DNA from: an uncultured Pelagibacteraceae bacterium
Lineage (GTDB): Bacteria > Pseudomonadota > Alphaproteobacteria > Pelagibacterales > Pelagibacteraceae
Direction of reading: 5' to 3'
NCBI GenBank assembly: GCA_902594915.1
Contig: CACJOA010000003.1
Location: 4,061-68,060 of the forward strand
DNA: 64,000 nucleotides
Positions 49,893 through 60,209 of this stretch are shown here, piece by piece. Below the pieces are notes generated by a model. It did not search any database, was not told where the DNA came from, and saw nothing but the letters and a program-made list of their open reading frames with translations. Position 1 is the stretch's first letter. Every line of letters starts with the position of its first letter. The position numbers were made by a program, and so were the translations under genes.

Positions 49893-49900
49893 ATTAAAAA

Positions 49901-51976
49901 TTAAATTTTATTAGAAATTTTAAGAGCAAAAGAATAGTCCAGAGCAATCTCTTCAATAGCACTATCACGTCCTGATTTACCTCCATGACCTGCATTCATC
50001 TCTGTTTTAAGGAGAAGCAAGTTATTATCTGTTTTGAAGTCTCTTAATTTTGCTGTAAATTTTGCTGGTTCATCAAATAAAACTCTATTATCGCTCAAAC
50101 TAGTAGTAATTAGAATATGAGGATAATCCATTTTTTTTATATTATTATAAGGCGCGTAAGAAAATATATATTCAAAGTGCTCTTTATTGTCTTTTGCATT
50201 TCCAAATTCATCAAACTCTCCAATAGTTAATGGTAATGAATGATCAAGATTTGTTGTTAAAGAGTCTACAAATGGTACAGCCATAATTACTCCCAAAAAC
50301 AATTCTGGTGCTTGATTTATAACAGCTCCTATTAACAAACCGCCAGCTGATCCACCCATACCAATTATTTTACCTTTAGATGAATATTTTTTTTCAATTA
50401 AATATTTTGCAGCATAAATATAGTCTTCAAAAGAATTCTTTTTTTTTGTAAGCTTTCCTTCCTTCCACCATTTCATGCCTTTTTCCATTCCCCCTCTAAT
50501 ATGTGCAGTTACCCAGATGATATCTCTATTTATTAAACTGAGTCTAGTTGAGGAAAAACTTGGACTCATTGAATTACCGTAAGATCCATAACCATATAAC
50601 AGAACATTCGCAGATCCATCTAATTTAGTTTTTTTGTTTCTTGTTATTGTTAATGGCACCATTCTTCCATCATGAGATTTATATTCAATCCTTTCTACAA
50701 TATAATTATCTGGATTATGGCCAGTGGGTATTTCTTGTTCTTTAACAAGTCTTTTTGATTTTTTCGATAGATTATACAAATAAACTCTTGAGGGTGTTTT
50801 TGGAGATGAATACCCTAAATATATTTCATCAGTATTTCTATCTTTTTTTGTCAAAGAAATATTAGGTAGACAAACCTCTTCATCTGAAAAAATCAATTCT
50901 TCCTCAACATTTGTTGAAGTATCCCTTAAAAATAATTTATCTAAAGCATTAGATGTCTCAGATCTAATAATCCAATTTTTCAAAAATACGCAACCACCAA
51001 TTAGAACCTCTTTTTTTGCAGCAACAAATGGTTTCCAATTTTGTTTTTCTAAACTTTCTGAGACATCAATCTTGAAATCTTCTGCATCTTTATTTGTATG
51101 ATTATAAAACTTATTGTTCCATGAGCTTATTGAATACAAAACTCCCCTTTTTCTTTCCATAATGAGCTTAGGTTTTGGTGGCTCTTCATTTACACAAAAA
51201 TAATATTGTTCAGATGTATTATGATCTGATGTTGATATGAAGTAATATTTTTCATCGGAGCTTACATTAAGAGCAACAGTAAAAGCATCACTTTTTTCAG
51301 CAAAAATTAATTCATCGTTTTCATTTAAACTTCCAAGTTTATGTCTATAAATTTTCCTAGCTCTATGATTTTCGTCTAATTTAGAGTAAAAAATATATTT
51401 ATCATCTAAGCTAAAAACAATACTTCCTGAAGTGTCATGAATTTCTTTCGTCACCATCTCATTTGAGATAATATCTCTAACAAAAATTGAATAATATTCA
51501 GAGCCTTTAGTATCTAAAGAATAAGCAAGAAACTTATCATTGTGACTTACTTCTAAGTCTCCAACACCGAAATAGTCCACACCTAATTTTTTCTTTTCTT
51601 TATCTCCATTCCATATTTCTTCAATTTCATCAGAATTAATTTTTTTTCGAAGTTTAATAGAATAATTTCCTTCAGTAGTTGTCTTGGTCCAATAATCATA
51701 TGAATGATCTCTATATGGTAGAGACTCATCATCTAACTTTATTCTACCCTTAATTTCATTGAATAATTTTTTTTGTAAAAATTTAGTATCTTTTAAATGA
51801 TACTCAGTGTACTTATTTTCCTCAATTAAATAACTTTCGACCTCAGGATTTAGTTTTTTTTTATCCTTTAGAACTTCAAGTATATCTTCCTGGTGTATCC
51901 AACTATAGTTATCCTCCCAAGTAGTATTGTGACAAGATTTTATTTCTGGTTTTTTTCTAAGTTGTGGTATTTTCAT
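49901..51976 (-). CDS. ptrB: Oligopeptidase B (S9A)
   Basis: YGYGSYG, HIRGG, GGSAGGLL, D.RV, AGHGG.SGR. Confidence 0.95.
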   Translation of the reverse strand: MKIPQLRKKPEIKSCHNTTWEDNYSWIHQEDILEVLKDKKKLNPEVESYLIEENKYTEYHLKDTKFLQKKLFNEIKGRIKLDDESLPYRDHSYDYWTKTTTEGNYSIKLRKKINSDEIEEIWNGDKEKKKLGVDYFGVGDLEVSHNDKFLAYSLDTKGSEYYSIFVRDIISNEMVTKEIHDTSGSIVFSLDDKYIFYSKLDENHRARKIYRHKLGSLNENDELIFAEKSDAFTVALNVSSDEKYYFISTSDHNTSEQYYFCVNEEPPKPKLIMERKRGVLYSISSWNNKFYNHTNKDAEDFKIDVSESLEKQNWKPFVAAKKEVLIGGCVFLKNWIIRSETSNALDKLFLRDTSTNVEEELIFSDEEVCLPNISLTKKDRNTDEIYLGYSSPKTPSRVYLYNLSKKSKRLVKEQEIPTGHNPDNYIVERIEYKSHDGRMVPLTITRNKKTKLDGSANVLLYGYGSYGNSMSPSFSSTRLSLINRDIIWVTAHIRGGMEKGMKWWKEGKLTKKKNSFEDYIYAAKYLIEKKYSSKGKIIGMGGSAGGLLIGAVINQAPELFLGVIMAVPFVDSLTTNLDHSLPLTIGEFDEFGNAKDNKEHFEYIFSYAPYNNIKKMDYPHILITTSLSDNRVLFDEPAKFTAKLRDFKTDNNLLLLKTEMNAGHGGKSGRDSAIEEIALDYSFALKISNKI

Positions 51977-51991
51977 AAAGAAAATAATTAT

Positions 51992-52495
51992 ATGAATATA
52001 ATATTTTATACAGTAGCAATTTTGACTATTTTTTATTTGTTATTAAGATATGTAAGTAAAATATCCTCAAAAAAACTATCAAAAGGTTTACGAATTATAA
52101 TTTTCATTGGCCTTATTTTTTTAGCTATTTTATTTGCTATTGGTGGGAGATATATATTAACCCTACCTCTAACGTTAGCAAGTTTAGCATTATTAAAATT
52201 AAAAGGATTATCGCTATTTCAATTATTTTCACTTTTTAGATTAATTCAAACTTTAAGGAGTACCGGAAGATTTTCATTCAAAGGTGGTTATAATAAAAAT
52301 TTTTCCAATTTATCTGTTTCGGAGTCATGCAAGATTTTAAATTTGGATGAAAAAAAAAAATTAACTAAACAGGATATTAATAAGGCATATTTAAAGATTC
52401 AAAAAAAAATTCATCCAGATGTATCACCTGAAACAGCAAGGTTGTCATCGATCGTTAATGAAGCTAGAGATGTACTATTAAATGAAATTAAATAA
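51992..52495 (+). CDS. Membrane-anchored J-domain protein
   Basis: Hydrophobic N-terminus, C-terminal KILNL...AY.....HPD...NEARD.L; ATG 51992 preferred. Confidence 0.8.
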   Translation: MNIIFYTVAILTIFYLLLRYVSKISSKKLSKGLRIIIFIGLIFLAILFAIGGRYILTLPLTLASLALLKLKGLSLFQLFSLFRLIQTLRSTGRFSFKGGYNKNFSNLSVSESCKILNLDEKKKLTKQDINKAYLKIQKKIHPDVSPETARLSSIVNEARDVLLNEIK

Positions 52496-53414
52496 ATTTT
52501 TTTGCCTCATTTAAAACTATTTGAACAGAAACGGAAGTTGGATCTAGCCTTGTATCGTGAGAAATAGTGTCTATTTTAATACCAGGTGGGATAATACGGT
52601 GCTGGTTAATGCTATAATCTGAATAAGCTTTAGGAGTATCCAATAAAATTATTAAACTTTGAATTCCCATCTGACATGATATGTGATGTCCAAATGAGTC
52701 ATTTCCAATATAAAGATTACTAAGAGCAATATAATTTTTTACTTCCGCTATACTTTTTAATCCTAATGTTTCACAATTTTTTTCTTTTATAGATTGAATT
52801 ATTTTTTTGGCTTCATCATTTTCTTCAGGCCCACATAATAAATAAAAATAAACTTTTTTGATTTTATTTATTTCTTTAATTAATTGTAAGTAGTTGGCAT
52901 ATCCCCATTTTGTTGTAGGTCCAGATGAGCCGATTCCTAAAACAATTTTTTTTAAATCATTTTTTTCTATTTCTCTAATTTTTTCTTTATCTATAAAAAT
53001 TTTTGTTTCGGTTGGACAGTCTTTAATTTTTAGAGATTCTTCTGTAAAAGTTTTTGCCATATTTACTAAATGTAAATTTTTTTTTTTGAAAATTGGGTAT
53101 TGATATATATTCTTTATTCCAGCAAGTTTACTTGATAAAAAATATCTTAAACTAGGATAAAAAATAAAAAGATTATCTAAATTTAATTTTTTTAAAAACT
53201 TAGATAATTTAAAAATATCTGAAAGTTTTCTATGAAATTTGTCCAAATGAATTACTTCTCTAAAGTAAGGGTCATCAGCTAAAACCTCATTTAGTTTTGG
53301 ATTTAATGTAATCAAAGTTATCTTGCCAAATTTTTTTGAAATTTGATGACAATAACTTAGATGCATTAAATTTGCCCCTAATCCTTTATAGCTTAAGAAA
53401 ATTCCTGTTTTCAT
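52488..53414 (-). CDS. Glycosyltransferase family 9 (heptosyltransferase-like)
   Basis: GLG, KW...NY, GP.E, YIGNDS..HI. Confidence 0.85.
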   Translation of the reverse strand: MKTGIFLSYKGLGANLMHLSYCHQISKKFGKITLITLNPKLNEVLADDPYFREVIHLDKFHRKLSDIFKLSKFLKKLNLDNLFIFYPSLRYFLSSKLAGIKNIYQYPIFKKKNLHLVNMAKTFTEESLKIKDCPTETKIFIDKEKIREIEKNDLKKIVLGIGSSGPTTKWGYANYLQLIKEINKIKKVYFYLLCGPEENDEAKKIIQSIKEKNCETLGLKSIAEVKNYIALSNLYIGNDSFGHHISCQMGIQSLIILLDTPKAYSDYSINQHRIIPPGIKIDTISHDTRLDPTSVSVQIVLNEAKKFI

Positions 53415-53453
53415 ATAAATAATTTTTCTATTATACTTATTTAAAAAAAAATT

Positions 53454-54338
53454 ATGTCAAAAATTAACGGAATATACGCTGCTGGCATGTCAATATTTAA
53501 TGAAGATCTTAGTTTGAATATAAAAAAAACGATCATTCATTCTGAGGAAATTATTAAAAATGGTTGCCATGGAGTCGCAATATTTGGTAGTACGGGTCAA
53601 GCACAATTAATACCAATTTCAGAAAAGATTAATTTTTTAAACCATCTCTCAAAAAGCAATTATAAAGAAAACTTTATTATCGGAACAGGATTAAACTCTT
53701 TAGGTGAAATAATCAATTTATTAAAAATATCTCTATCTTTAGGATTTAACAAATTTCTGATAATGCCACCTGCGTATTACAATTACGAAGATGAGGAAGT
53801 TATAAAATTTTACTCAAAGATAGTTGAAGCATTACCTGGTGTAGAAATAATTCTTTATAATTTTGAAAAATTATGTGGTTATAAGTTTAGTTTGAGCTGT
53901 GTGAGTGAATTGGTAAAAAGATTTCCTGATCAAATAATAGGTTTAAAAGATAGTTCCTACAATTTATATGAAAATTTGAAGATTAAAAATTTTTCTATTT
54001 TACCTGGATCAGAGCTAAAACTCTTAAAAGGTCTAGAGTTAGGTTGTTCAGGTATAATTAGTGCTACGTGTAATGTCACTGCGCAATTATCAAGAAAAGT
54101 TTACGATGATTTTATTTTAGGAAATAAACAATCTTACGACAAAAAATTATTTGATGTTAGAAATATTTTTGATAAATACAATTTGATTTCAGGATTACAT
54201 ACATTTCTCTCTAAAGAAAATAAAATTTACAAAAATCTTGTTCCTCCATTAAGATTGTTGAATCAAAAAGAAGAGAGGGATTTATTAGATAATTTAAAGA
54301 ATATTAATTTTTCAATTAAATCAACAAAAGCAGCTTAA
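53454..54338 (+). CDS. DapA/DHDPS-family aldolase
   Basis: GSTGQ, PPAYY, LYN, GLKDSS. Confidence 0.85.
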   Translation: MSKINGIYAAGMSIFNEDLSLNIKKTIIHSEEIIKNGCHGVAIFGSTGQAQLIPISEKINFLNHLSKSNYKENFIIGTGLNSLGEIINLLKISLSLGFNKFLIMPPAYYNYEDEEVIKFYSKIVEALPGVEIILYNFEKLCGYKFSLSCVSELVKRFPDQIIGLKDSSYNLYENLKIKNFSILPGSELKLLKGLELGCSGIISATCNVTAQLSRKVYDDFILGNKQSYDKKLFDVRNIFDKYNLISGLHTFLSKENKIYKNLVPPLRLLNQKEERDLLDNLKNINFSIKSTKAA

Positions 54339-54339
54339 T

Positions 54340-55527
54340 ATGCAACTTGCAAGTTTTTTAAATAAAGTTTTTAAAAAAGGTGGTTTTATATTAACAGATG
54401 CAAATTCAAAAAATTATATTATAGGAACACCAAACAAAAATCCTTTAAAGCTTAAAATACTTAACAAAAATTTACATTATAAGTTGTTGCTACAACCAGA
54501 TTTATATTTTGGTGAAGCATATACTAACGGTGAAATAATTATTGAAGATGGTAGTTTAACGGACTTTTTAGATCTAGCATTGATGAATATAGGAAGGGGG
54601 GAATTAAATTTTTTGGGCTCTTTAATTAATAAAGTAAGAGGCTCTTACAGATATTTAACAAATTTTAATTTTATAAAAAAATCTAAAATGAATGTGTCTC
54701 ATCATTATGACATTTCTGATGAGTTATATGACTTATTTCTCGACTCAAAGAAACAATATTCATGTGGTTATTTCAAAAGAGATAATGATACTTTGGAAGA
54801 AGCTCAAAATAATAAAATTCAACATATAATTAAAAAGTTAAACATAAAACCAAATCAAAGAGTTCTTGATATTGGATCTGGTTGGGGATCATTAGCAACT
54901 GATATAGCTAAATCAGTGAATTGTGAGGTTACAGGTATAACACTATCAGAAAATCAATTTAATTATTCTAATAAAAAAGCAAAAGAATTAAATTTAGATA
55001 ATCAAGTAAAATTTAAATTAATGGATTATAGAGAATTAAAAGAAAAATTTGATAGAATAGTAAGTGTTGGAATGTTTGAACATGTTGGAAGAAAGTTTTA
55101 TAAAAAATTTTTTAATCAAATAGAAAATTTATTAACAAATGATGGAATTTCATTGATACATACTATTGGATCGGTAAATCCACCAAGGGATCCACATCCT
55201 TGGATTACCAAATATATCTTCCCTGGCGGTTACACTCCAAGCTTGAGTGAAATGACCACACCAATTGAAAAAGCAGGGTTAATAGTCACAGACATTGAAG
55301 TTTTGAGAATGCATTATTCTCATACCTTGAGACATTGGAAAGAAAATTGTATTAAAAATAAAGACAAAATAACAAAAATGTTTGATGAAAAATTTTTTAG
55401 AATGTGGGAATTTTATCTCGCAGGATGTGAAATGGCTTTTAAGTGGGGCGACCAAGTTGTTTATCAATTTCAATTAACAAAAAATTATAATTCAACTCCA
55501 GTTACAAGAGACTATATTTATCAATAA
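54340..55527 (+). CDS. cfa: Cyclopropane-fatty-acyl-phospholipid synthase family methyltransferase
   Basis: HHYD, YSC.YF, LDIGSGWG, VSVGMFEHVG, YIFPGG, RMWEFYL. Confidence 0.9.
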   Translation: MQLASFLNKVFKKGGFILTDANSKNYIIGTPNKNPLKLKILNKNLHYKLLLQPDLYFGEAYTNGEIIIEDGSLTDFLDLALMNIGRGELNFLGSLINKVRGSYRYLTNFNFIKKSKMNVSHHYDISDELYDLFLDSKKQYSCGYFKRDNDTLEEAQNNKIQHIIKKLNIKPNQRVLDIGSGWGSLATDIAKSVNCEVTGITLSENQFNYSNKKAKELNLDNQVKFKLMDYRELKEKFDRIVSVGMFEHVGRKFYKKFFNQIENLLTNDGISLIHTIGSVNPPRDPHPWITKYIFPGGYTPSLSEMTTPIEKAGLIVTDIEVLRMHYSHTLRHWKENCIKNKDKITKMFDEKFFRMWEFYLAGCEMAFKWGDQVVYQFQLTKNYNSTPVTRDYIYQ

Positions 55528-55556
55528 TTTATTGATAGAATTAAACTTCCATTAAA

Positions 55557-56723
55557 ATGAAAAAAAAACAAAAAAAGACGAAGAAAAGACATTTTAAAAA
55601 AAAAACTAATCAAAGAAAAAAAATACGTAAAAAAAACAAAGTTAAAAGAAAATCAAAATTTAAAAAAAAAAGGAAATTAAAATATTCACAAAAAAGCTTA
55701 AAAACAGCTAACAATCCAAAACAATTTGATAGCTTTGTTTACAAATTAGTTAAATTTCAGCTTTCTTTAAAACCACGATTTAATTTAAAGATAAATTTTA
55801 ATTTAGAAAAATATATACAAAGTTTTTTCGATAAAATTTCAGAAACTATTACAACTTATAAGAATTTAAAAGCTGATGAATTCAGGAGAATAAAAATTGA
55901 AAAGATTGAGAGTGAAAGAATAGAAAAAATAAAGTTAGATAAAGAAAAAAAAATTGAAGAGACATTAAAAGTTAAATTAAAAGAACAATTTCTTAGAGAT
56001 GAACAAAAATTAGAAAAACAAAGATCAAAAGATATAAAACTTTTCTTAAAAAAAGAGCAAGCTATATTAAGACTCGAGCAAGCTGAAAAACAAAAAAAAT
56101 TTTTAAAACAAATTAGATTAGATCAACAAATTGAAAAATTTAGGATAAGAGAAATTAAAGAGTTAGATCGTCTTGAAAAAATTTCCTTACAAGAAAAAAG
56201 AGAGGATTATACTGCTCTACAAGAAAGAATTACTCAACTAAAAGAAAAATATAGAGCAATCAGAGATAAGAAAATAAAAGAGAGAGTTGAAGCTTTAGGA
56301 GTTGAACTACAAGGTGGTGAAGATAGAGAAACGTTACTCGAAAAGGAAAAAGAATATACTCTAGCAAGACAAAAAATAGAATTTGCATTAGAAAGTTTTT
56401 ATAGAAGCGCAAGTAGTTTAGTTTTTCAATTAAACAAGAGACACGTTACAAGGAACATGTCAATTTTTAGATGTATTGATAGGAGATTTGAAACAGGCGA
56501 GATATTTATTAAATGGGATGAGTCTAATGATGAAGAATGGTTATTATTAATTTATATTAAGAATAACCTTCCAGATGAGGGTATTGTAATTGAAGATAAA
56601 ACAGATCCTGAAAAAAATATTTCTCATGAATTTAAAAGTATTGATATTTTTAAAGCATCAGACACGATGGTTGACTCTCTAACACAACTTATTGCAAGAG
56701 AGAGATCAAAAAATGACAATTAG
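55557..56723 (+). CDS. Hypothetical protein: Lys/Arg-rich N-terminus, long charged coiled coil, globular C-terminus
   Basis: Uninterrupted 388-aa ORF; composition; no family recognised. Confidence 0.7.
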   Translation: MKKKQKKTKKRHFKKKTNQRKKIRKKNKVKRKSKFKKKRKLKYSQKSLKTANNPKQFDSFVYKLVKFQLSLKPRFNLKINFNLEKYIQSFFDKISETITTYKNLKADEFRRIKIEKIESERIEKIKLDKEKKIEETLKVKLKEQFLRDEQKLEKQRSKDIKLFLKKEQAILRLEQAEKQKKFLKQIRLDQQIEKFRIREIKELDRLEKISLQEKREDYTALQERITQLKEKYRAIRDKKIKERVEALGVELQGGEDRETLLEKEKEYTLARQKIEFALESFYRSASSLVFQLNKRHVTRNMSIFRCIDRRFETGEIFIKWDESNDEEWLLLIYIKNNLPDEGIVIEDKTDPEKNISHEFKSIDIFKASDTMVDSLTQLIARERSKNDN

Positions 56724-56728
56724 ATTTT

Positions 56729-57040
56729 TTGTTAGTTAAAATTAATATGCTTTTAGGTTCTATTTTTTTAATTTCATTATACTTAATATTAAAATATGTT
56801 TTGGCTTGGATAAAGTATTTTAATAGTTTAGATAAAAGACTTGGTGATAGTACATGGCGATTTAGCTATGATTATCCTGTTTTGGGTGAAAGAGATATAT
56901 CTGATTTAGATGATAAAAATTTTGTAAGATTGAGAAGAAAAAAAAATAAGATTGTTTTATTAATGTATTCTATAGTTTTAGTAATGTTTATATCTTCAAT
57001 GTCTTTACTGAGTAAATTTTTATTATTTTTTTTTAGTTAG
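56729..57040 (+). CDS. Small two-TM hypothetical protein
   Basis: Two hydrophobic segments around a polar loop; start may be ATG 56747. Confidence 0.65.
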   Translation: MLVKINMLLGSIFLISLYLILKYVLAWIKYFNSLDKRLGDSTWRFSYDYPVLGERDISDLDDKNFVRLRRKKNKIVLLMYSIVLVMFISSMSLLSKFLLFFFS

Positions 57041-57386
57041 TTTTTTTCAATTGTTTTTTGTTTTTAAGATAAAGAAAAAAAGCCACTATTTCATATACAA
57101 TAGAAAATACGTTAAAAATTATTGGTAGCTTAAAAAAATTATAAAGAAATTTATATTTTGGTATTTTTTTCCATAATAACAAAAAAGCCTCTGCACCTCC
57201 TACAACTTTATCTTCATCTTTGATATGAAGTCTTCTTAAAAGTTGTTTACTGTCCTTAGAGGTTTCTTTTTCGGCCAGCTCATTATCTGTAATATCAATC
57301 CAATCAATTTCATCTATTTTTTCTTTTTTATAAAGATCAATTTCGGCCTTACAAATTTTACAAGAATTATTAAAATAAACTTTCAT
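57033..57386 (-). CDS. DUF393/DCC-family thiol-disulfide oxidoreductase
   Basis: YFNNSCKIC, RLH, GAEAF..LW. Confidence 0.85.
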   Translation of the reverse strand: MKVYFNNSCKICKAEIDLYKKEKIDEIDWIDITDNELAEKETSKDSKQLLRRLHIKDEDKVVGGAEAFLLLWKKIPKYKFLYNFFKLPIIFNVFSIVYEIVAFFLYLKNKKQLKKTN

Positions 57387-57479
57387 AATAAGAGAATTTA
57401 TTACTAATTTGTCTCACATATGTACATGCGTAAAATACTCTAGTTGAAAATTTTATGAAACAATCTATTTAATGTTCTT

Positions 57480-58892
57480 ATGAGTAATTTCTTTGAAAAA
57501 TCTGACCTATCTAGAAAAGACGCTGAAAGTATCATTTCAGATACTTTGCAAAAATGTGATGATGGAGAATTGTATTTGGAAAATTCGAAATCTGAGTCGA
57601 TATTATTAGACGATAACAAAATTAAAAATTCCAGTTATAATTCAGATTTAGGATTTGGTTTTAGAGCTATATCTGATGAAGTGGTTGCTTATTCTCATTC
57701 TAATGAAATTTCTAAGAACTCTTTAAAACAATCCTCAGAAAATTTAAAATCAACATTAACATCTGTTAAAGGTACTTATAATCATGAAATTCCTAAATCA
57801 AATAAAAAGTATTATGACAATATAAATCCTATTGAGCAAAAATCTCTTAATGAAAAAATTAAGATATTGAACGACGTAAATGATTATTTACGATCTAAAG
57901 GTGATAAAGTTAAACAAGTTACAGCTAATTTTTTGGGAGAGCAAAAATCTGTAGAAATAATTAGATCTGGTGGAGAGACTTTGTCAGATGTTCGTCCTTT
58001 GGTAAGATTTAATGTGTCAGTTATGGTGGAAAAAGATGGCAGAAAAGAAACAGGTGTATACGGTGTTGGTGGAAGACAATCTTACGACTCATATTTAAAA
58101 GATGATAATTGGAAAAGTGTTTGTGATGAGGCTTTAAGGATAGCATCAGTAAACTTAGAGAGTAAACCCGCTCCAGCAGGTGAAATGAAGGTTGTACTCG
58201 GACCTGGGTGGCCAGCAATATTAATTCATGAGGCTGTTGGTCATGGTTTAGAAGGAGATTTTAATAGAAAGAAAACTTCAGCATTTCATAATCTAATGGG
58301 TCAAAAAGTTGCAAGTGAGGGAGTTACAATTATTGATGATGGTACCATTGATAAAAGAAGAGGCAGTCTTACAATTGATGATGAAGGAACACCAACAGAA
58401 AAAACTGTTTTAATTGAAAATGGAATTTTAAAAAATTTTATGCAAGACAGACTTAACGCACGTTTGATGAAAACAAGATCTACTGGTAGTGGGAGAAGAG
58501 AAGACTATAGACATATAGTTCTACCAAGAATGAGAAATACAATGATGCTAGGTGGTAAGCAGACCCAAGATGAAATGATTAAATCTGTCGACAAAGGTAT
58601 TTTCGCAGTTAGTTTTGGTGGTGGACAAGTTGATATTACATCTGGAAAATTTGTATTTAATTGCACTGAAGCTTATGAAATTGTTAATGGTAAAATTGGA
58701 TCACCAATTAAAGGTGCAACGTTAATTGGTGATGGTCCTTCAATTTTAAAAGAAGTTTCTATGGTAGGGAATGATATGATGATGGATCCTGGTATTGGGA
58801 CATGTGGTAAAGCTGGACAAGGTGTACCCGTAGGTGTTGCACAGCCATCAATATTAATCGATAAGATGACTGTAGGTGGTACGAAACTTTAA
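57480..58892 (+). CDS. tldD: Metalloprotease TldD
   Basis: HEAVGHGLEGDFNRK, PRMRNT, GGGQVD, CGKAGQGVPV. Confidence 0.98.
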   Translation: MSNFFEKSDLSRKDAESIISDTLQKCDDGELYLENSKSESILLDDNKIKNSSYNSDLGFGFRAISDEVVAYSHSNEISKNSLKQSSENLKSTLTSVKGTYNHEIPKSNKKYYDNINPIEQKSLNEKIKILNDVNDYLRSKGDKVKQVTANFLGEQKSVEIIRSGGETLSDVRPLVRFNVSVMVEKDGRKETGVYGVGGRQSYDSYLKDDNWKSVCDEALRIASVNLESKPAPAGEMKVVLGPGWPAILIHEAVGHGLEGDFNRKKTSAFHNLMGQKVASEGVTIIDDGTIDKRRGSLTIDDEGTPTEKTVLIENGILKNFMQDRLNARLMKTRSTGSGRREDYRHIVLPRMRNTMMLGGKQTQDEMIKSVDKGIFAVSFGGGQVDITSGKFVFNCTEAYEIVNGKIGSPIKGATLIGDGPSILKEVSMVGNDMMMDPGIGTCGKAGQGVPVGVAQPSILIDKMTVGGTKL

Positions 58893-60209
58893 ATGATTAA
58901 AGATCAAGAATTTTTAAAGAAAAAAGCGACATATTGTTTAGATTTAGCGAAGAAATTAGGTGCAACAGAATCAAGTGTGGTCGTAAAAAATTCAGTTTCT
59001 GAAACTGTTAATTTTAGAAATAAAAAATTGGATGAAGCTAACAGGTCAGATGATCTAGGTATAAGTATCACTACTTATGTTGGTAAAAAAAAATCATCAA
59101 TATCCTCATCTAATTTACTTATTGATAATTTGAATATTTTGATGGAAAAATGTGTAGAAACTACAAAAAATACTCCTGAGGATGAATTTAATTCTTTACC
59201 GGACAAAGATTTATTGGCAAAAGAAGTTATAGATTTAGATCTCTATGATGAGAGCCATATAGCGAATGATCAAAAAATAGATTATTTAGAAAAATTAGAG
59301 TCTGCTGCTTCAAAGGACAAAAAAATTGTCAATACTGAATCTAGTTTTACTCAAAATAAATCTAATTTTGTTTTAGCTAATAGCGAAGGTTTTTGCGATG
59401 GTTACAAAAAATCCTCATTTACAGCATCAAGTGTAACAGTTGCAAAAGATGAAAAAAGCATGGAAAGAGATTACGAATACTCCAGCAAATGTTTTCTTAA
59501 AGACCTAGATGATGCAGATGAATTAGGTAAAATTGCTGCTAATCAAACTATTAGAAAATTAAGTCCAAAAAAAATTGGGAGTGAGAAAATTGCTATAATT
59601 TTTGATAAAAGAATAGCTAAGGGGATATTAAGTACTTTTGCAAGCGCTATTTCTTCATCTGCAATATCAAGGGGAACTTCTTATTTAAAGGATAAAGTTA
59701 ATCAAAAAATATTCTCTGATAAAATTAATGTATTTGACGAACCTGATATGCTCAAAGGCTTAGGCTCAAGAAATTTTGATAGTGAAGGGGTAAAGACTGA
59801 CACACTTAAACTGGTAGATCAAGGAATTTTGAAGCATTACCTGATTGATACTTACAATGGAAAAAAATTAAATCTTAAGTCTAATGGAAGATGTGGAGGA
59901 ACAAGTAATCTTTATTTTGAAAATGGAAATATTAGCTTTGAGGATTTACTGAATTCAAATTCAAAAAGTCTCTATATTACAGAAACCATAGGACATGGAA
60001 GTAATATTGTAACCGGAGACTATTCAGTTGGAGCAACAGGGTTTTTGATTGAAAATGGTGAGTTTAAATATCCAATAAATGAAATTACCATAGCAGGTAA
60101 TCTTAAAGACATGTTTCAAAATATTACCTTAGCAAATGACTTGGAGTTTAAATATGCAACTAACTCACCAACCATGTTAATAGAAGGAATGGTTGTTGCT
60201 GGTAAATGA
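58893..60209 (+). CDS. pmbA: TldE/PmbA
   Basis: MERDY, FDSEGV, TGDYSVGA.G, EITIAGNL. Confidence 0.95.
   Translation: MIKDQEFLKKKATYCLDLAKKLGATESSVVVKNSVSETVNFRNKKLDEANRSDDLGISITTYVGKKKSSISSSNLLIDNLNILMEKCVETTKNTPEDEFNSLPDKDLLAKEVIDLDLYDESHIANDQKIDYLEKLESAASKDKKIVNTESSFTQNKSNFVLANSEGFCDGYKKSSFTASSVTVAKDEKSMERDYEYSSKCFLKDLDDADELGKIAANQTIRKLSPKKIGSEKIAIIFDKRIAKGILSTFASAISSSAISRGTSYLKDKVNQKIFSDKINVFDEPDMLKGLGSRNFDSEGVKTDTLKLVDQGILKHYLIDTYNGKKLNLKSNGRCGGTSNLYFENGNISFEDLLNSNSKSLYITETIGHGSNIVTGDYSVGATGFLIENGEFKYPINEITIAGNLKDMFQNITLANDLEFKYATNSPTMLIEGMVVAGK

Noticed and set aside
55557-55700. Poly-A tracts as contingency loci
   Set aside because: Long A runs are ubiquitous Lys codons in this AT-rich DNA and frames are intact, except in hisG
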